DNA of 63,165 nucleotides, counting the filler. It is 15 parts of 15 records of this genome, joined end to end, with 100 filler letters (N's around TTAATTAATTAA, not from the genome) between each part and the next. Parts side by side here need not be neighbours in the genome. Positions count along the whole stretch, not along the records: positions 48,121 to 52,815 come from SRR7504441_91481; positions 52,916 to 56,393 come from SRR7504441_91885; positions 56,494 to 59,700 come from SRR7504441_92236; positions 59,801 to 63,165 come from SRR7504441_92810; 11 more parts are not named here. One strand, written 5' to 3'. Position numbers and translations under genes: made by a program. Below the pieces are notes generated by a model. It searched no databases and was not told the DNA's origin. It saw nothing but the letters and a program-made list of their open reading frames with translations. Shown here in pieces: positions 48,135 through 59,939 of this stretch. Position 1 is the first letter of the stretch. Every line of letters starts with the position of its first letter.

Positions 48135-48295
48135 CCAACCGACACCCAACGGACACCCAACCGCAGACGATCCCTTCTTCATGCGTTGCCATGTGCCGAA
48201 ACCGAATATCCCAATATTCTAAGCCCTAGGCACACAAACCGAATATCCAATATCCCAAGACGATAAAAACCGAATATCCAATATTCCCAATATTC
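48135..48295. repeat. Short degenerate repeats upstream of the PP2A B'' gene: CCAAC(C/G)G x3 and AACCGAATATC(C)CAATAT x3
   Basis: Read directly at about 48135-48166, 48200-48219, 48237-48254 and 48268-48295. Confidence 0.75.
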
Positions 48296-48520
48296 AGTGC
48301 CTTATTACTACGACTCAGCTGATCAGCGAGAGGGTTGGTTGCACGATTCAAAGAGACGGTCATAAAAAAAAAGCCAAAGAAAATCAGCCCGGCTGAGTGT
48401 CTTTGAAACGCGCCCATTGCTGTCGGCCTCGCCTGGCGTTACCAGCGCCGCGGCGGCAGGGGCGGTTCAGGAGGTCGGCCTTCCCAGCAGGATCGAGCCC
48501 GATGAGCGGAGCAAGCCATC

Positions 48521-50669
48521 ATGCTAGACTCCAAATCTAAGCGGCCTCTCGGTGGATCGGATCAGCAGTCCAGAAAGATGCAAAGGGTGCCGTGGCTGCA
48601 GCCCCTCCCGGCTCACACAGGGGCAAAGGTCGAACTCGAGGGGTTTGCGCACTCGAAAGTCAAGCTGAATGAGGTGCGGCCACCCCCCGCCCGCTCTGCT
48701 CGCCCTGGGATGGCCACCCTCCATAGCCCGCGCCCCGTGTGGCCCCCCCCCCCCGGCACCAGCCGCTGTAATTGACCGACGGCGGCTGCAGCTCTTCTTG
48801 CACTGGCTCTCACTTCGTTCGTCGCAAGAGCTGATCGCAGGGCTATTAAGCGACGTGGCCCAAGGTCGATCACTGCCCTCTGCGGCCAACGCGCCCTCGT
48901 CGCCCAATGCCAGCTCACCGACCACTTCCCCGAGGTTTGCCCACCCCCAGGCCGGCTCAGCCAGGCGGCTTGCAGGTCGCTGCAGGGCGCGCAGTGCTCC
49001 CCGCCCCCCCGGTCTCCTAAAAATTTCCGCACAGCCAGCAGGCAAGAGCACGAGCTTATGCAGCTGGGCGCAGACCAGCAGCCGCGCTCGCCGCCACTCA
49101 GCCCGTCTGCGCTACAGCGGCAGCCGGCGTCACGGTGGGCCCGACCGCTGGGGGCTCGGTCGACAGTGTGATCCAGGCACCCAGCCAAGCCAAGCCAGCC
49201 GGAGCTCCAGAGAGGGCGATACGCAACTGAGATTCCTTCGTTCTTTGTGCCCAAAGCCACCACAATCAGCCACAGCCAGGTGCTGGCTCGGCAGCTGGCG
49301 AGGAGGAGCCGGGGCAGGCGGAGGCCGAGCTGGTCCAGCTGCGCCAGGTGATGGCGGCACACGTCCAGGGGATGGACTTAGCAGCATTCGGGAAGATTGC
49401 GCAGGTGCGCCCTCCTTTGCCAAGCCCTGACAGGGGCGCAGAGCCTATGGCACTTCCCCAAGTTTTTCAACAAGCCGGTGTTCGAGCGGATCTCCCAGGG
49501 CGCTGGTAGCATAAGCGAGTCGCAGATCGTGAGCTACTGGAGGGATTTGCTCCAGCACCCAAACCCTGCGGCGCGAGCATTCAACGCGATCAAAGCGGCC
49601 GGGAGCAGCGTGGTGAGTAAGGACGACTTCGCACCGTTCGTTGAGGCGCTGATGGACGAGCACCCGGGTCTGCAGTTCCTGAGAGATACTCCGGAGTTCC
49701 AGGCACAGCTATTTGGCTGATGCTATATTGCTAATGGGGCACACAGGAGAGGTACGGACAGACAGTGGTGGCCCGGATATTCTACTCGGTAAATCTGCAC
49801 GGCAATGGCAAGATGACCCAAGAGGAGATGATGTCTAGCGAGCTGCTAGAGTGCATGATAGGAGTGGACGAGCAGCCGGACATCAACCTGGTCAGCCAGC
49901 AATAGCATGATCAACGGCTCAGTGGGCGTCCAGGTGAACGACTTCTTCTCGTACGAGCACTTTTATGTAATATATTGCAAATTCTGGGAGCTGGACACAG
50001 ACCACGACTTTCTGCTCAGCCGAGAAGATCTGCTCCGGTAATAATGATAATAATAATAATCCGGCACACACCTGATCCAGCGGACACAGGTACACCAACC
50101 ACTCGCTCACCTACCGGGTGGTCGAACGGATCTTTGGCGGCGCGCCGCGGGCCCTCACAAGTGGGTCGGCCGACCGGATGGGCTATGAGGACTTCATCTG
50201 GTTCCTGCTCTCAGAGGAGGAGAAGGGAAGCTCGCAGGCAATAGACTACTGGTTCCGGTGCTTAGACATGGACGGGGACGGCAAGCTGTCTCCGCCGGAT
50301 ATGCTCCACTTTTACACGGAGCAGCTGCACCGGATGGAGTGCATGTCTCAGGAGATAGTATCATTTGAGGATATCTTGTGCCAACTGACCGACATGATAT
50401 GTCCAGCCGTGCAAGGCGAGATAACAGTCAAAGACATCAAGGCCAGCCAGATGGCCGGCTGCTTCTTCAACACGCTGTTCAATCTGAACAAGTTCCTCGC
50501 GTTCGAGCAGCGGGATCCGTTCACCGCCCGACAGGAACAGGCGGACGGGATGAGCGATTGGGAGAGGTTTGCGCGGCATGAGTATCTGAGGTTGACCGCA
50601 GACGAGGAGGAGGGCGAGGATCTTATGGACGATCTGGGCGGCGAGCTTGATTATAGCCTATATAAGTAA
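48521..50669 (+). CDS. PP2A regulatory subunit B'' (PR72/PR130 family, EF-hand); about 8-9 introns
   Basis: Spliced [73 protein letters not shown] and SDWERFA..EY. Confidence 0.95.
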
Positions 50670-51049
50670 CCCACTCCAGTTGGCTCAGCGCAACTGTAGG
50701 TCCACTGGTGGGAAATGCTACACAGTAGTCCCATCATGTAATTAATCAAACTCCTTGAAAAATGTAAAAACGATATGATGTCAGCTTGGAATTATTACGA
50801 TCTTGTACGTGTGCATTTTAATGCTACATTGATCAACGCTATGCTGTAGGTACTATATAGGCACGAGTAATGTATAACTATATCAGATTGCAAGACTTGA
50901 GCTTGCCGTCACGTCACCGTGTACGTTACCGTGTACGCCATGATAACCTGGGCAGGATAATTGGAGGGCTCCGGTGCATGCACTGATCAACACTTTCTCA
51001 CACAAGCACTTTCGTCCAACCCTGCAATGCCACAACCTCATGCCAGCGC

Positions 51050-52771
51050 TTAGGTCGGTGCTCGAGGATTTCTGGCCCAGAGCTCGACACAGCTGACGGT
51101 GGAGCATTCCTTGGTTCCTGGGATCCCAAGCTGCCGAGTAAACGGGTTGAGCCACGGCTTGAACAGCCCGACGCAATAGAACCACTTAGTCTTGCTCCTG
51201 GCGCTCCCATGCATCAGGCAGCGCCGCCGGTCGTCCTTCTTCAGACCGCCCCATTCAAACCCGTCGTAAGGCACCGCCACGGGTTGATATCTTGTGACTG
51301 AGTTGCTGGTGCTAGGGTCTGAGCCCTGCCTCCAGAGCTGATCCTCTAGCCCGCTCCCCGGCCAGCTCAGTTTGAATTCAAACTCGCCGCCTGCACTCCT
51401 GTACTGCTCCAGCTGGTCCAGCGCCGCGTAGCACCCGGCGGTTGGGTCGTGCCGGTTCCGGCTCAGCTCGCCAGGCTCAAAGTAGTGCTCAGGCCGCCGC
51501 TCTTGGCCCTCGGGGATGGTCTGTCGCAGCACAAGCACCCAGCTCGGTGACGGCTCCACAATCGCCAGCGCCTGACTGGCCTCCTGCGGGAGCATTATCT
51601 CCAGCTCAGTCGGTGGCGGCACCGGCCAGCCCTGTGCTGCGCTATGCGACCAGCCCTCCGCCGGCCATGGCTGCTCCCACCCGGCCTGCAGCTGCCGCAC
51701 CTGGTCGGCTGCCTGCGCTAGCTCGCCAGTCATCTGCTGCAGCCGCAGCTCGCACGCCTCCCGCCGCCTGCGCTCCTCCCGTCCACCGGCCGCGTCTGCC
51801 AGCAACCGCTCGACCGCCTGCAGCAGCGAGTCCTCCCGCCCGCCTGCCGCCGCCACCAGCTCCATTGCCCGCCCGCGCTCCTCCTGCATGGCACCCACTG
51901 TCTGCACAGCCCGGTCCCGCTCGACCCGATCGGCCGCCGCGGTTGCTTGCAGCTTGAGCAGCTGTCCTGCCCTCCGGCGGAGCCTCTCTATCTCCTCTAA
52001 ACCCGGTTGGCGGCAACCAGACCGCAGCTCAGACACAGCCCCAGCAAGCCGGGCCAGCCGCAATCGCCCAAATAACACCCGGAGCGCCAGCCCTCGAGCC
52101 CGGGCCAGCTGGTCAACCGGCTGACCCGCCGGCTGTGCCGCCTCCGGTAACACGTCCACAGGCCGGGCCGCCTCCGGCAGCGCGTCGAGCGGGCGGCTGT
52201 CGGTGAAGTCAAAGGCGGTCGCGACGAAGTTGCGGCAGAGCGGGCACCTGGCCGGGCAGTTAGCTCGCGTTGGGTCGGAGGGGGAGCACTTGAACAGCGT
52301 GTCTGACTTGTACACAAGGCCTCGCCGGATGTTCCTCAGGCACTCTCGGCAAAACTTGTGCCCACAGTCAATCAGCACGATGGCCATCGCCTCTTGGCAG
52401 ACGGCACACTCGGTCTGCTCCAGATCCAGCGGCGGATTCAGATACACCTCGTCCATTGCCGACACCGGCGCCCCGGGGGCGAAGCTGTACGCCTGAACCG
52501 AGACCGCTGGGCGCAGCTCGGCGCAGAACCGAGCCCGGTCAACTTGGCAGGGCTCGTCGCCCACCAGCCGGGCCCAGAAGTCGACCGAGCTTTCGCCCAT
52601 CGGGTCCGGCGCGCACCCGGCCCGCACCCGGCCGATCAGCGCCTCTCGACTCAGCATGGCGGGTTCGGCCAATAGGCTCTCGGCTTGTCTGGGCCGTGAA
52701 GGAGCGGATTCAGCGGAATGGGACTGCGCCAGGGCAGGGCCGTCGGCCTGATTCTCTAGGCCGCTCGCCAC
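51050..52771 (-). CDS. RING-HC finger + coiled coil + C-terminal fibrinogen-like domain; 5' end uncertain
   Basis: CAVC...CGHKFCRECL...CPLCR; heptad segment; WVLVLRQT...FEFKLSWP...WRQ.S.P...WGGL...WFYCVG...VELW. Confidence 0.7.
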   Translation of the reverse strand: MASGLENQADGPALAQSHSAESAPSRPRQAESLLAEPAMLSREALIGRVRAGCAPDPMGESSVDFWARLVGDEPCQVDRARFCAELRPAVSVQAYSFAPGAPVSAMDEVYLNPPLDLEQTECAVCQEAMAIVLIDCGHKFCRECLRNIRRGLVYKSDTLFKCSPSDPTRANCPARCPLCRNFVATAFDFTDSRPLDALPEAARPVDVLPEAAQPAGQPVDQLARARGLALRVLFGRLRLARLAGAVSELRSGCRQPGLEEIERLRRRAGQLLKLQATAAADRVERDRAVQTVGAMQEERGRAMELVAAAGGREDSLLQAVERLLADAAGGREERRRREACELRLQQMTGELAQAADQVRQLQAGWEQPWPAEGWSHSAAQGWPVPPPTELEIMLPQEASQALAIVEPSPSWVLVLRQTIPEGQERRPEHYFEPGELSRNRHDPTAGCYAALDQLEQYRSAGGEFEFKLSWPGSGLEDQLWRQGSDPSTSNSVTRYQPVAVPYDGFEWGGLKKDDRRRCLMHGSARSKTKWFYCVGLFKPWLNPFTRQLGIPGTKECSTVSCVELWARNPRAPT

Positions 52772-52971
52772 TGCTACCTGTCGTCAGGGAGCTCTGACCG
52801 GCTCGGGTGGCCGCTNNNNNNNNNNNNNNNNNNNNNNNNNNNNNNNNNNNNNNNNNNNNTTAATTAATTAANNNNNNNNNNNNNNNNNNNNNNNNNNNNN
52901 NNNNNNNNNNNNNNNAAAAGCCTCCTTTTTCAAAAAAAAAAACTCCATTCGCCGATACAGTCAAATCCGTC

Positions 52972-55900
52972 ATGACAGTAGATCCCCAGACTCTACAGCG
53001 TACATCGTGGGTGGAATGCTCAGACCGGGTGACGAAGATCGGAGAGGCGGCTGAGGGCTTGCTGCTAACGATGGGTGATGACCTGGCCAGCCGATATGCC
53101 ACCGAGCTCCCACGGGCGATCCGAGGCAGGCATGAATTCGCCGCGCTCTCTGAGTCTCAGTACTGTTCGGCGCTCCGCTCCCAGGTGGACCAGCTGGAGC
53201 ACCGGATCGACGCCGACGCCCGGGCGCACGCCACCGAGCAAGACAAGCTCAGGGAGGACGTACGATTGGCTACCACCAGCGCCGCCGCCTCGCACGGTGT
53301 GGAGGTGGCGCGGAACCAGCAACTGGAGCGGACTGCAGAGGCGCTGCGTGCAGTCCAGCGGGAGCGGGACACCGCAGAGGGTGCGCTAGTACACTGTCAG
53401 CAGAGGGCCAATGTGATGGTCAAGATAGAGCGACAGAAAGCGGCCGATGCTCTGCAGCAGGCCCATGTGCGATTGGAACAGTCGGAAGCTGAAGCGACCA
53501 CGCTGCGTCGCGAGGTGGGAGTGCTGCAGGCCCGAATGACGCGAGCAGAGGAATCTTTCAACGAGCAATTGCTCGTTACCAAGGAGCACGCCGATGCAAT
53601 GGAGGAGGACAATTCTCGGCTAACAGCCACTGCAGACGAGCAAATGAGAGGGTACAAGGCTGAGCTGCAGCAGCTGCGAGCAGCACTGCAGGCAGAGTCC
53701 AAAAGGCGGGGGCACGTGGAATTGGCGCTGAGTGCGGCGTCGCCCGTGCAGAGTGCAATTTCTTTAGCCACAGCTTCTCGCGAAGCTGCGCTGACTGAGG
53801 AGCTGCGGGTAACACAAGACGCACTTGAGGTGGCGAGGCTGGCGCATGAGTCCCAGTACAAGATGTTGCAGCATTCGTATGAGAGCCAGTTTAAGAGCAT
53901 CAATGGCGAGATTGAAGCTTCAAAGGTCGAGACAGGTATGCTTCGGGGAGAGCTTGCCAGAACACGGCATGAGTTGAGTGAGCTGAATGAGCAACGGACA
54001 GCCTCTGAGCAACAGTGGGCAGCCAAACTTCACCAGGAGATGGAGCAGGCTGCAAATGAAGTCCAGTCTCTCACAACCGAGGCTGCAGATACCAAGGCGA
54101 CCCACGATGGCTTGGAGAGGAGGGCCGTACTAGCAGAGGAAGAGCTTGAGTCTGAATTGAGTAACTGGAGTGCAAGACTAAAGAAACAGAGCTTAGAAGT
54201 GCAAGACGCGAATTATGAAGCTGCCGCGATGAGGCTGTTTGCAGAAGAGACGGAGGCCAAGTCCGCTGAAGCCTTGAACCATGCTGAGCAACTGGCAGCA
54301 GAACGAGAAATGGAACTCCTGGCAAAAGTCGAAAACTTAAGTGTGTGGAAAGCTGCCAATTATGCTGCAGCTATTGAGATAATGCTACGAGCGCTCCGGG
54401 TTGAAAGGGGACAATTGCACCTGCTGTTAGTGACCTGGCATTCTAACGTGTATCAGGGTCGTGTGGCTATCCGAATCCTAGATCACGTGTACCAAGCTTA
54501 TCTCGATAAACCAACTCTGGCCTCGTGCGTTGGGAACATCAAGACGCACTATCTTGCAGATCTCATGAAAAAACAGGTGTTAGAAACTCAGGAGCAAAAT
54601 TTAATCCTTCAAGTAAAGGCAGACGATTTGCTCACAGATAAATCCGGTCTCGAGAAGCAGCTTGGAAAGCTCTCAAAGGAAAGTGCAGAGGCGTTGAAAA
54701 CGCTAGCAGAGGAGATTACGCAAGAGACCACGGTGCGAGAGAGAAAGAATCAAACCGTCCAGCGACTGCGCTTATGCATAGAAGCAACTCAACACTGGTC
54801 CTTAAGTCAATGTGTTGCATCCATCGAGAGAGGAGCTGCTATTGCACGCGAGGAGGCTAGAGTCACAAAGCTTGAGAGACTTTATGAGAGAGCCATGGAA
54901 GAAAGAACTTCTCTCCAGAGTACCGTCGAAGCTCTCAATTCAGCAGGGGGCGCAGACGAGATAATTATGAAGTTTCAGCAGCAGACCAAGCAGTTCTTGA
55001 CGATGCAGCATCAGCTCGCTGATGCCCTGGAAGAGGCCAGGAGATATCAGGCAGAAAGCGAGAATGCCCAGAAACGCGAAGAACAAGGTATTCGGGACGC
55101 CGAGATTCGAGCTGAAAATGCCATCAAGGAGATTCAAACAGAGCTCGACGAGAGAAATGCGCATATTGCTATGTTAGAAGCCAACTTAACTGAGATGCAA
55201 GAAGAAGCAAATCAGATGAGTGCTCAGATTACCGAGCTGATGGACACGACAGACCGAGACCGGCTTGCGGCAGTCATGACAGGAGCTCTTGGAGACGCTC
55301 TTACGGAGTTGGAGAGTGTGGTTGGGCCAATTGAAGCAAGTCCTCAGGCTCACCGCCTATCGCTGCAACTGAAAGTCGCCAAGTGTGCTCTATCTCAGGA
55401 CACAGAAACGGAGAGGGAAAGGCTTGAATCTCTTCAAGTTGCTCTCTCAAACACTGTGCACGCGGCTGATGAAGAGGAGTCAAGGGCCTCAGCCACTTGG
55501 GATGTGCCACAAAATCTTCTATGGTTCGTGAACCCAATCAAGCTGCAGCGGGCCAAGCAGGAGCATGTGATGCAGTCATTAGAGGCTGCAGGGAATGATG
55601 GTTTGGCCATGGTGCCACATTATGATTCACTGTCACAAGCAAATGCCATTGACCGAGTCCTGTCATTCGCAGAGGGCCTGGATCACTTGGAAGGATCCAC
55701 ACTGCGTCCGGAGCTGCTGCTGCTGGAGCAACTTGATCATCTGGCCGACGTACGGGCTGAATTGCAGGCGGCGCTCTGTTCCTCGGCTTTAGCTAATGAC
55801 CTGGCATCGTCAATCAGTGGGGTTGCGCAAGCCTTAGAAGGACTCAGCCCAGCTATGGCGCGGACCGAGGGCGCAAGTGGTGCAATCATTGCATTTGGTC

Positions 55901-56208
55901 TGCTGAGTGAGCTTGGAGAGGCAAGACACAAGTTTGACACATTAGTTTCGCAGTACTTGCATGGCTGCTTCAGTAAGGAGCAGATTAGCAATCGTGTAAT
56001 TGCACAGGACCTTTCCAATGCTCAACGAGACGCAGATTCTTTACGTGCAGGGATTGACACAGAAGTGGAAAGGGGCCTAAATTCGATGAAAAAGCAACTC
56101 GAGGCGTCTGCGATGCAGCGAGCTGAGGCTCAGATTCGACAACTCAGAGTCGAGATTACTAGAAAAAATGATCATATCAAGCAACTCATAGGTGCAAGCA
56201 ACTCATAA
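52972..56208 (+). CDS. 1078-aa intronless coiled-coil protein
   Basis: Long ORF rich in E/Q/A/L heptads. No catalytic motif seen. Confidence 0.8.
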   Translation: MTVDPQTLQRTSWVECSDRVTKIGEAAEGLLLTMGDDLASRYATELPRAIRGRHEFAALSESQYCSALRSQVDQLEHRIDADARAHATEQDKLREDVRLATTSAAASHGVEVARNQQLERTAEALRAVQRERDTAEGALVHCQQRANVMVKIERQKAADALQQAHVRLEQSEAEATTLRREVGVLQARMTRAEESFNEQLLVTKEHADAMEEDNSRLTATADEQMRGYKAELQQLRAALQAESKRRGHVELALSAASPVQSAISLATASREAALTEELRVTQDALEVARLAHESQYKMLQHSYESQFKSINGEIEASKVETGMLRGELARTRHELSELNEQRTASEQQWAAKLHQEMEQAANEVQSLTTEAADTKATHDGLERRAVLAEEELESELSNWSARLKKQSLEVQDANYEAAAMRLFAEETEAKSAEALNHAEQLAAEREMELLAKVENLSVWKAANYAAAIEIMLRALRVERGQLHLLLVTWHSNVYQGRVAIRILDHVYQAYLDKPTLASCVGNIKTHYLADLMKKQVLETQEQNLILQVKADDLLTDKSGLEKQLGKLSKESAEALKTLAEEITQETTVRERKNQTVQRLRLCIEATQHWSLSQCVASIERGAAIAREEARVTKLERLYERAMEERTSLQSTVEALNSAGGADEIIMKFQQQTKQFLTMQHQLADALEEARRYQAESENAQKREEQGIRDAEIRAENAIKEIQTELDERNAHIAMLEANLTEMQEEANQMSAQITELMDTTDRDRLAAVMTGALGDALTELESVVGPIEASPQAHRLSLQLKVAKCALSQDTETERERLESLQVALSNTVHAADEEESRASATWDVPQNLLWFVNPIKLQRAKQEHVMQSLEAAGNDGLAMVPHYDSLSQANAIDRVLSFAEGLDHLEGSTLRPELLLLEQLDHLADVRAELQAALCSSALANDLASSISGVAQALEGLSPAMARTEGASGAIIAFGLLSELGEARHKFDTLVSQYLHGCFSKEQISNRVIAQDLSNAQRDADSLRAGIDTEVERGLNSMKKQLEASAMQRAEAQIRQLRVEITRKNDHIKQLIGASNS

Positions 56209-56493
56209 GTGCTTGATTTAGGCCTCATATAAGCCACTTTCGTGAAAGCCAAGGGTTTCACTGCTATTTGGAACCACTTAGAACCACGCGACTCTAACTC
56301 GACTCTGTGATTGCATGTTCGCTACTTTCTTGTTACATAAATTTACACGGGCATAACACTTAAATAACACTGGTACAGAACTTTCCTACCCCCNNNNNNN
56401 NNNNNNNNNNNNNNNNNNNNNNNNNNNNNNNNNNNNNTTAATTAATTAANNNNNNNNNNNNNNNNNNNNNNNNNNNNNNNNNNNNNNNNNNNN

Positions 56494-58459
56494 GTAGGGG
56501 AGCAGGGCGCTGCTGGAGCACGCAGGCCCAGCGATTGGGCTGCTCCGGACCAAAGGAGAGGGCACCAGTCCGCTCCACCTGGCGGCCGGCGGAGGGCACC
56601 TGAACTGCGTGCGGGTGCTGCTCCGGGCGGTGGGCACCGAGGGGCTGGTCAACACGCAGGACAACGAGGGCGCCACCGCGCTCGACTATGCGGCTGCGGC
56701 CGGGCATTCAGCGGTCGTGGGTCTGCTGCTCAGGGAGGGCCGGGCTGAGCCCAACGCCAAGGATCAGATGGGTAGCACACCGCTCCACCTGGCCTCAGCC
56801 CACGGGCACACCCGGGCGATCAGGCAGCTGCTGGTTGGCCGGGCAGACGTGGCGGCTGAGGACGACAAAGGCTGGATCCCGTTGCTGTACGCAGACTTCA
56901 AGGGCGAGAAGCAGTGCGTGCTTGAGCTGCTCGGGGCCAGCACCGGGGCCCAGCTCGGGGCGCTCGGACGGCTGCTGCTCCACCAGAACACGGCGCAGAG
57001 CCGCGACCGGGTGTGCTCTGTGCTCCGGCAGATAGCGAGCGAACCCGCCTACTTTGCTGCGGTCAACAAGTTTGTATCCGACTACCCTGAGTGTCTGGAC
57101 AGCGTGTGCACCTTCCTGGTCAACGAGACTCAGTACAGCCGCACGCTGCTCGACTTCGAGAACAAGCGCGCCTGGCTCGGGCGGCAGCTGCCTGACACCC
57201 GGCCGCAGCCGGTGCAGCTCGAGGTCTCCAGGCACGACACGCTCACAGACGTCTCTGTCCAGCTGGCGCTCGGGCAGGAGCTGGCCGGCGGGCTGCGCGC
57301 CCAGTTCAGGGGCGAGCCGGGTGTGGGCTCTGGGGTGACCCGCGAGTTTTGGAGCGCGGTGTGCGCCGATGCCACCAGGCCGGAGCGCGGGCTGTTCTGC
57401 CGGCTGGCCGAGGCGAGCCCGCTGTATAGAATCCAAGAGAAGACCCGTTGGTCTGAGCCGGAGCTGGCGCTGCTCGAGAGCCTTGGCACGCTGGTGGGGC
57501 TGGCGATCAAGACGGGCCAGCTGCTCCCGCTCCCAGTGCCGGCCCGGATGCTCGCCATGATGGCCCAGGAGGCCGGCTGGGTGCTTGGGATGGAGGAGCT
57601 GCCCGATCTGGACCCGGCGCTGCACCGGTCGCTCCAGTTTGTGCTCGAGTGCAGCCCGGAGGAGCTCGAGTCGATGGAGCTTACCTTCGCACTAGACATC
57701 CAGGCCGAGCTCGGCCAAGTTGAGCAGACGCTGCTCTGCCAACACGGGGCCGAGAGGCGAGTCGAGCTCGGGAACAGGCAAGAGTACGTGGAGCTCCTGC
57801 TCGCGAGCAAGCTGTCTCGATGGCAGCCGGCCCTGGGCGCGATCCGGTCGGCGGTGCGAGAGACTGGTGCAGCGCTCAATGTGAGGCAGGTGCACAGGAT
57901 CCTGCCGGATGAGCTGCTGGCGCCGTTCTCGCCGACTGAACTCGAGCTGCTGCTAGCCGGACTGCCAAACATAGGTGCCAGCTCAGCCAGCCGGCCCCAG
58001 CCTGCCGGCAGATACCGACGACTGGCGGACGCACACCGAGTATCGCGGCTGCTCGGCCGACGACCCGGAGTGTGGCTGGTTTTGGCAGATTTTGGGTCGG
58101 ATGAGCCAGGAGCAGCGGGCCCTGGTGCTCCAGTTCGCCACCGGTGCCCAGCCCGGGCGCAAGCCGCTGACAGCCGGTGCAGGCACCTCCCGGGTGCCTT
58201 TGGGTGGCTTCTCCCAGCTATTCGGGTACAGTGGTCCCCAGCTCTTCACACTCACTCTGCAGCAAGCCTCGAACGGACCGCAGAGCGTAATCTCAGCTCG
58301 CCTGCGGTGGCTGCTGAGGCTCGGGCTCAGGTGGCGCTCCCGATGGCTTCAACGTGCTTCAACATGCTCAAGCTGCCCCGGTGCACGTCCTGTGACGACC
58401 TCGAGGGCCGGCTCCATGTGGTAGTCCGCCATGGTTGCGAAGGATTCTCTTTTAGCTAA
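56494..58459 (+). CDS. Ankyrin-repeat HECT E3 ubiquitin ligase (HACE1-like layout); 5'-partial; about 4 introns
   Basis: Ankyrin TPLHLA repeats; HECT F.GEPG.G.GVTREFW, ELELLLAGLP, LQFATG|TSRVPLGGF and LPMASTCFNMLKLP (catalytic Cys). Confidence 0.92.
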
Positions 58460-59939
58460 ATTGTTTGATTCTTGGACGTACAGTAGTACAGTTTATTGAC
58501 CGTACACGCGTGCTGTGCCTCAACTCCTCTGCTCTCTGAGCTTTGGTCGAAAAAGAGTTTCTATCTTTAGCTTGGTTGGACGGTGGTTGCGTTGAGAGAC
58601 CACTCATCATCATCTCCGCCGCACACATGGGTAGGGGTGTGCGCGACTGGATGGGGATGGGAGCCGCCCTGGGTCGACGGGCACGCACTCCACACCCTTG
58701 CACTCTGCCCTCGGCGGCACGCCGTCCCGGCTCTCCCAGCCCACGGCCCCCCTGATTCTAGAGGCCGCACGCACCTTCTTCGCTTGGTCTTGAGTTCCAT
58801 GCCCCCCTTCTCAGTCTCGGCGGGCGGGCCTTGAGTACACCTCTCCAATAAGCGCTCAGGTGCCGCCCTTGCCCTCCTCCCTCGCTTCTGATCGGTTGCT
58901 GCTCCAGGTCTCTCACGCAGTCTTCCCCCGCAATCCTGGCACTAATGTCTTGCCCCATCCGAAGACATGTCTGTGGTTGGCATCACCGGAGTTCTTCATG
59001 TTCGTCGCTCTTCATCCTTCACATCACTGGCACTAAGGGCGGTCTGTTCCCGGCCGATCTGCAGATGACTTCCATATCCTGGGCCAGCAGTCTGGGGCAG
59101 CCGTGGGGGGAAGCCTGGCCTCTGGGTGGTGATAGCGCATGTACCCACCCCAAGCCCACGCCGGTGCCTGTTCGAGTTGTCTTCTTCTTCTTCTTCTTCT
59201 TGCTTCTTCTTGCTTCGTACCTCAAAACCTGCTTGATGTGTTCTATACCTCAGTTCTCTGCTTGACGTGTGTGGTTTCGATTAGTGTGACATTCTTCCTG
59301 CTTCCCAGATGAGCTGGAGCGCTTCGGTCAATTAAAGCTCTTCCCATCACCAACCTTCTCCTGCTTCTTCCCGGCTCATCCTGCTGATCCTGCCCATTGT
59401 TACATTTGTCATCCTCTGCCGCGGCCGCCAAACTTTGATCCAAGCCTGTCAATCTGTGGGCGATCCCCCAATGTTCCTCCATCTCCGCGGCCTCTCTGCA
59501 CGTTCCTGTTCCCCATCTTGCCCATGCTTTGTGCTGTTCATCCCATTCGTGGTTTTCGTCTCCAACGTCGGAACATAGGCATCCTGCTACCAAGCGGCTG
59601 GGCGGGATAGGTTCAGCCGTCAATGCGATTCGCCCTCTCGCTTGTCTTCCAAGTCTTCCGAGTCTTCCTTCCTGCGGCCTGGTGAAGTAGTGTACCTTGT
59701 NNNNNNNNNNNNNNNNNNNNNNNNNNNNNNNNNNNNNNNNNNNNTTAATTAATTAANNNNNNNNNNNNNNNNNNNNNNNNNNNNNNNNNNNNNNNNNNNN
59801 ATGCAACCCTAACCTTCACCCTAAAATGTGAAGTTTTGTGTGGATATTGTGTGGACATGTGCGCCCCAAGGGGGCGCTCAACAAGCTAGTATTACATAGA
59901 TATGTTTCAGACATGTTTGCTTTACCGAGTCGGCCAGTC

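Noticed and set aside
3120-59800. Regularly recurring TTAATTAATTAA flanked by Ns, superficially a repeat array
   Set aside because: Artificial six-frame-stop spacer. Gene adjacency across spacers has no biological meaning.
59805-59823. AACCCTAACCTTCACCCTAAA, telomere-like at a contig start
   Set aside because: Only about three degenerate units, too short to call a telomere.
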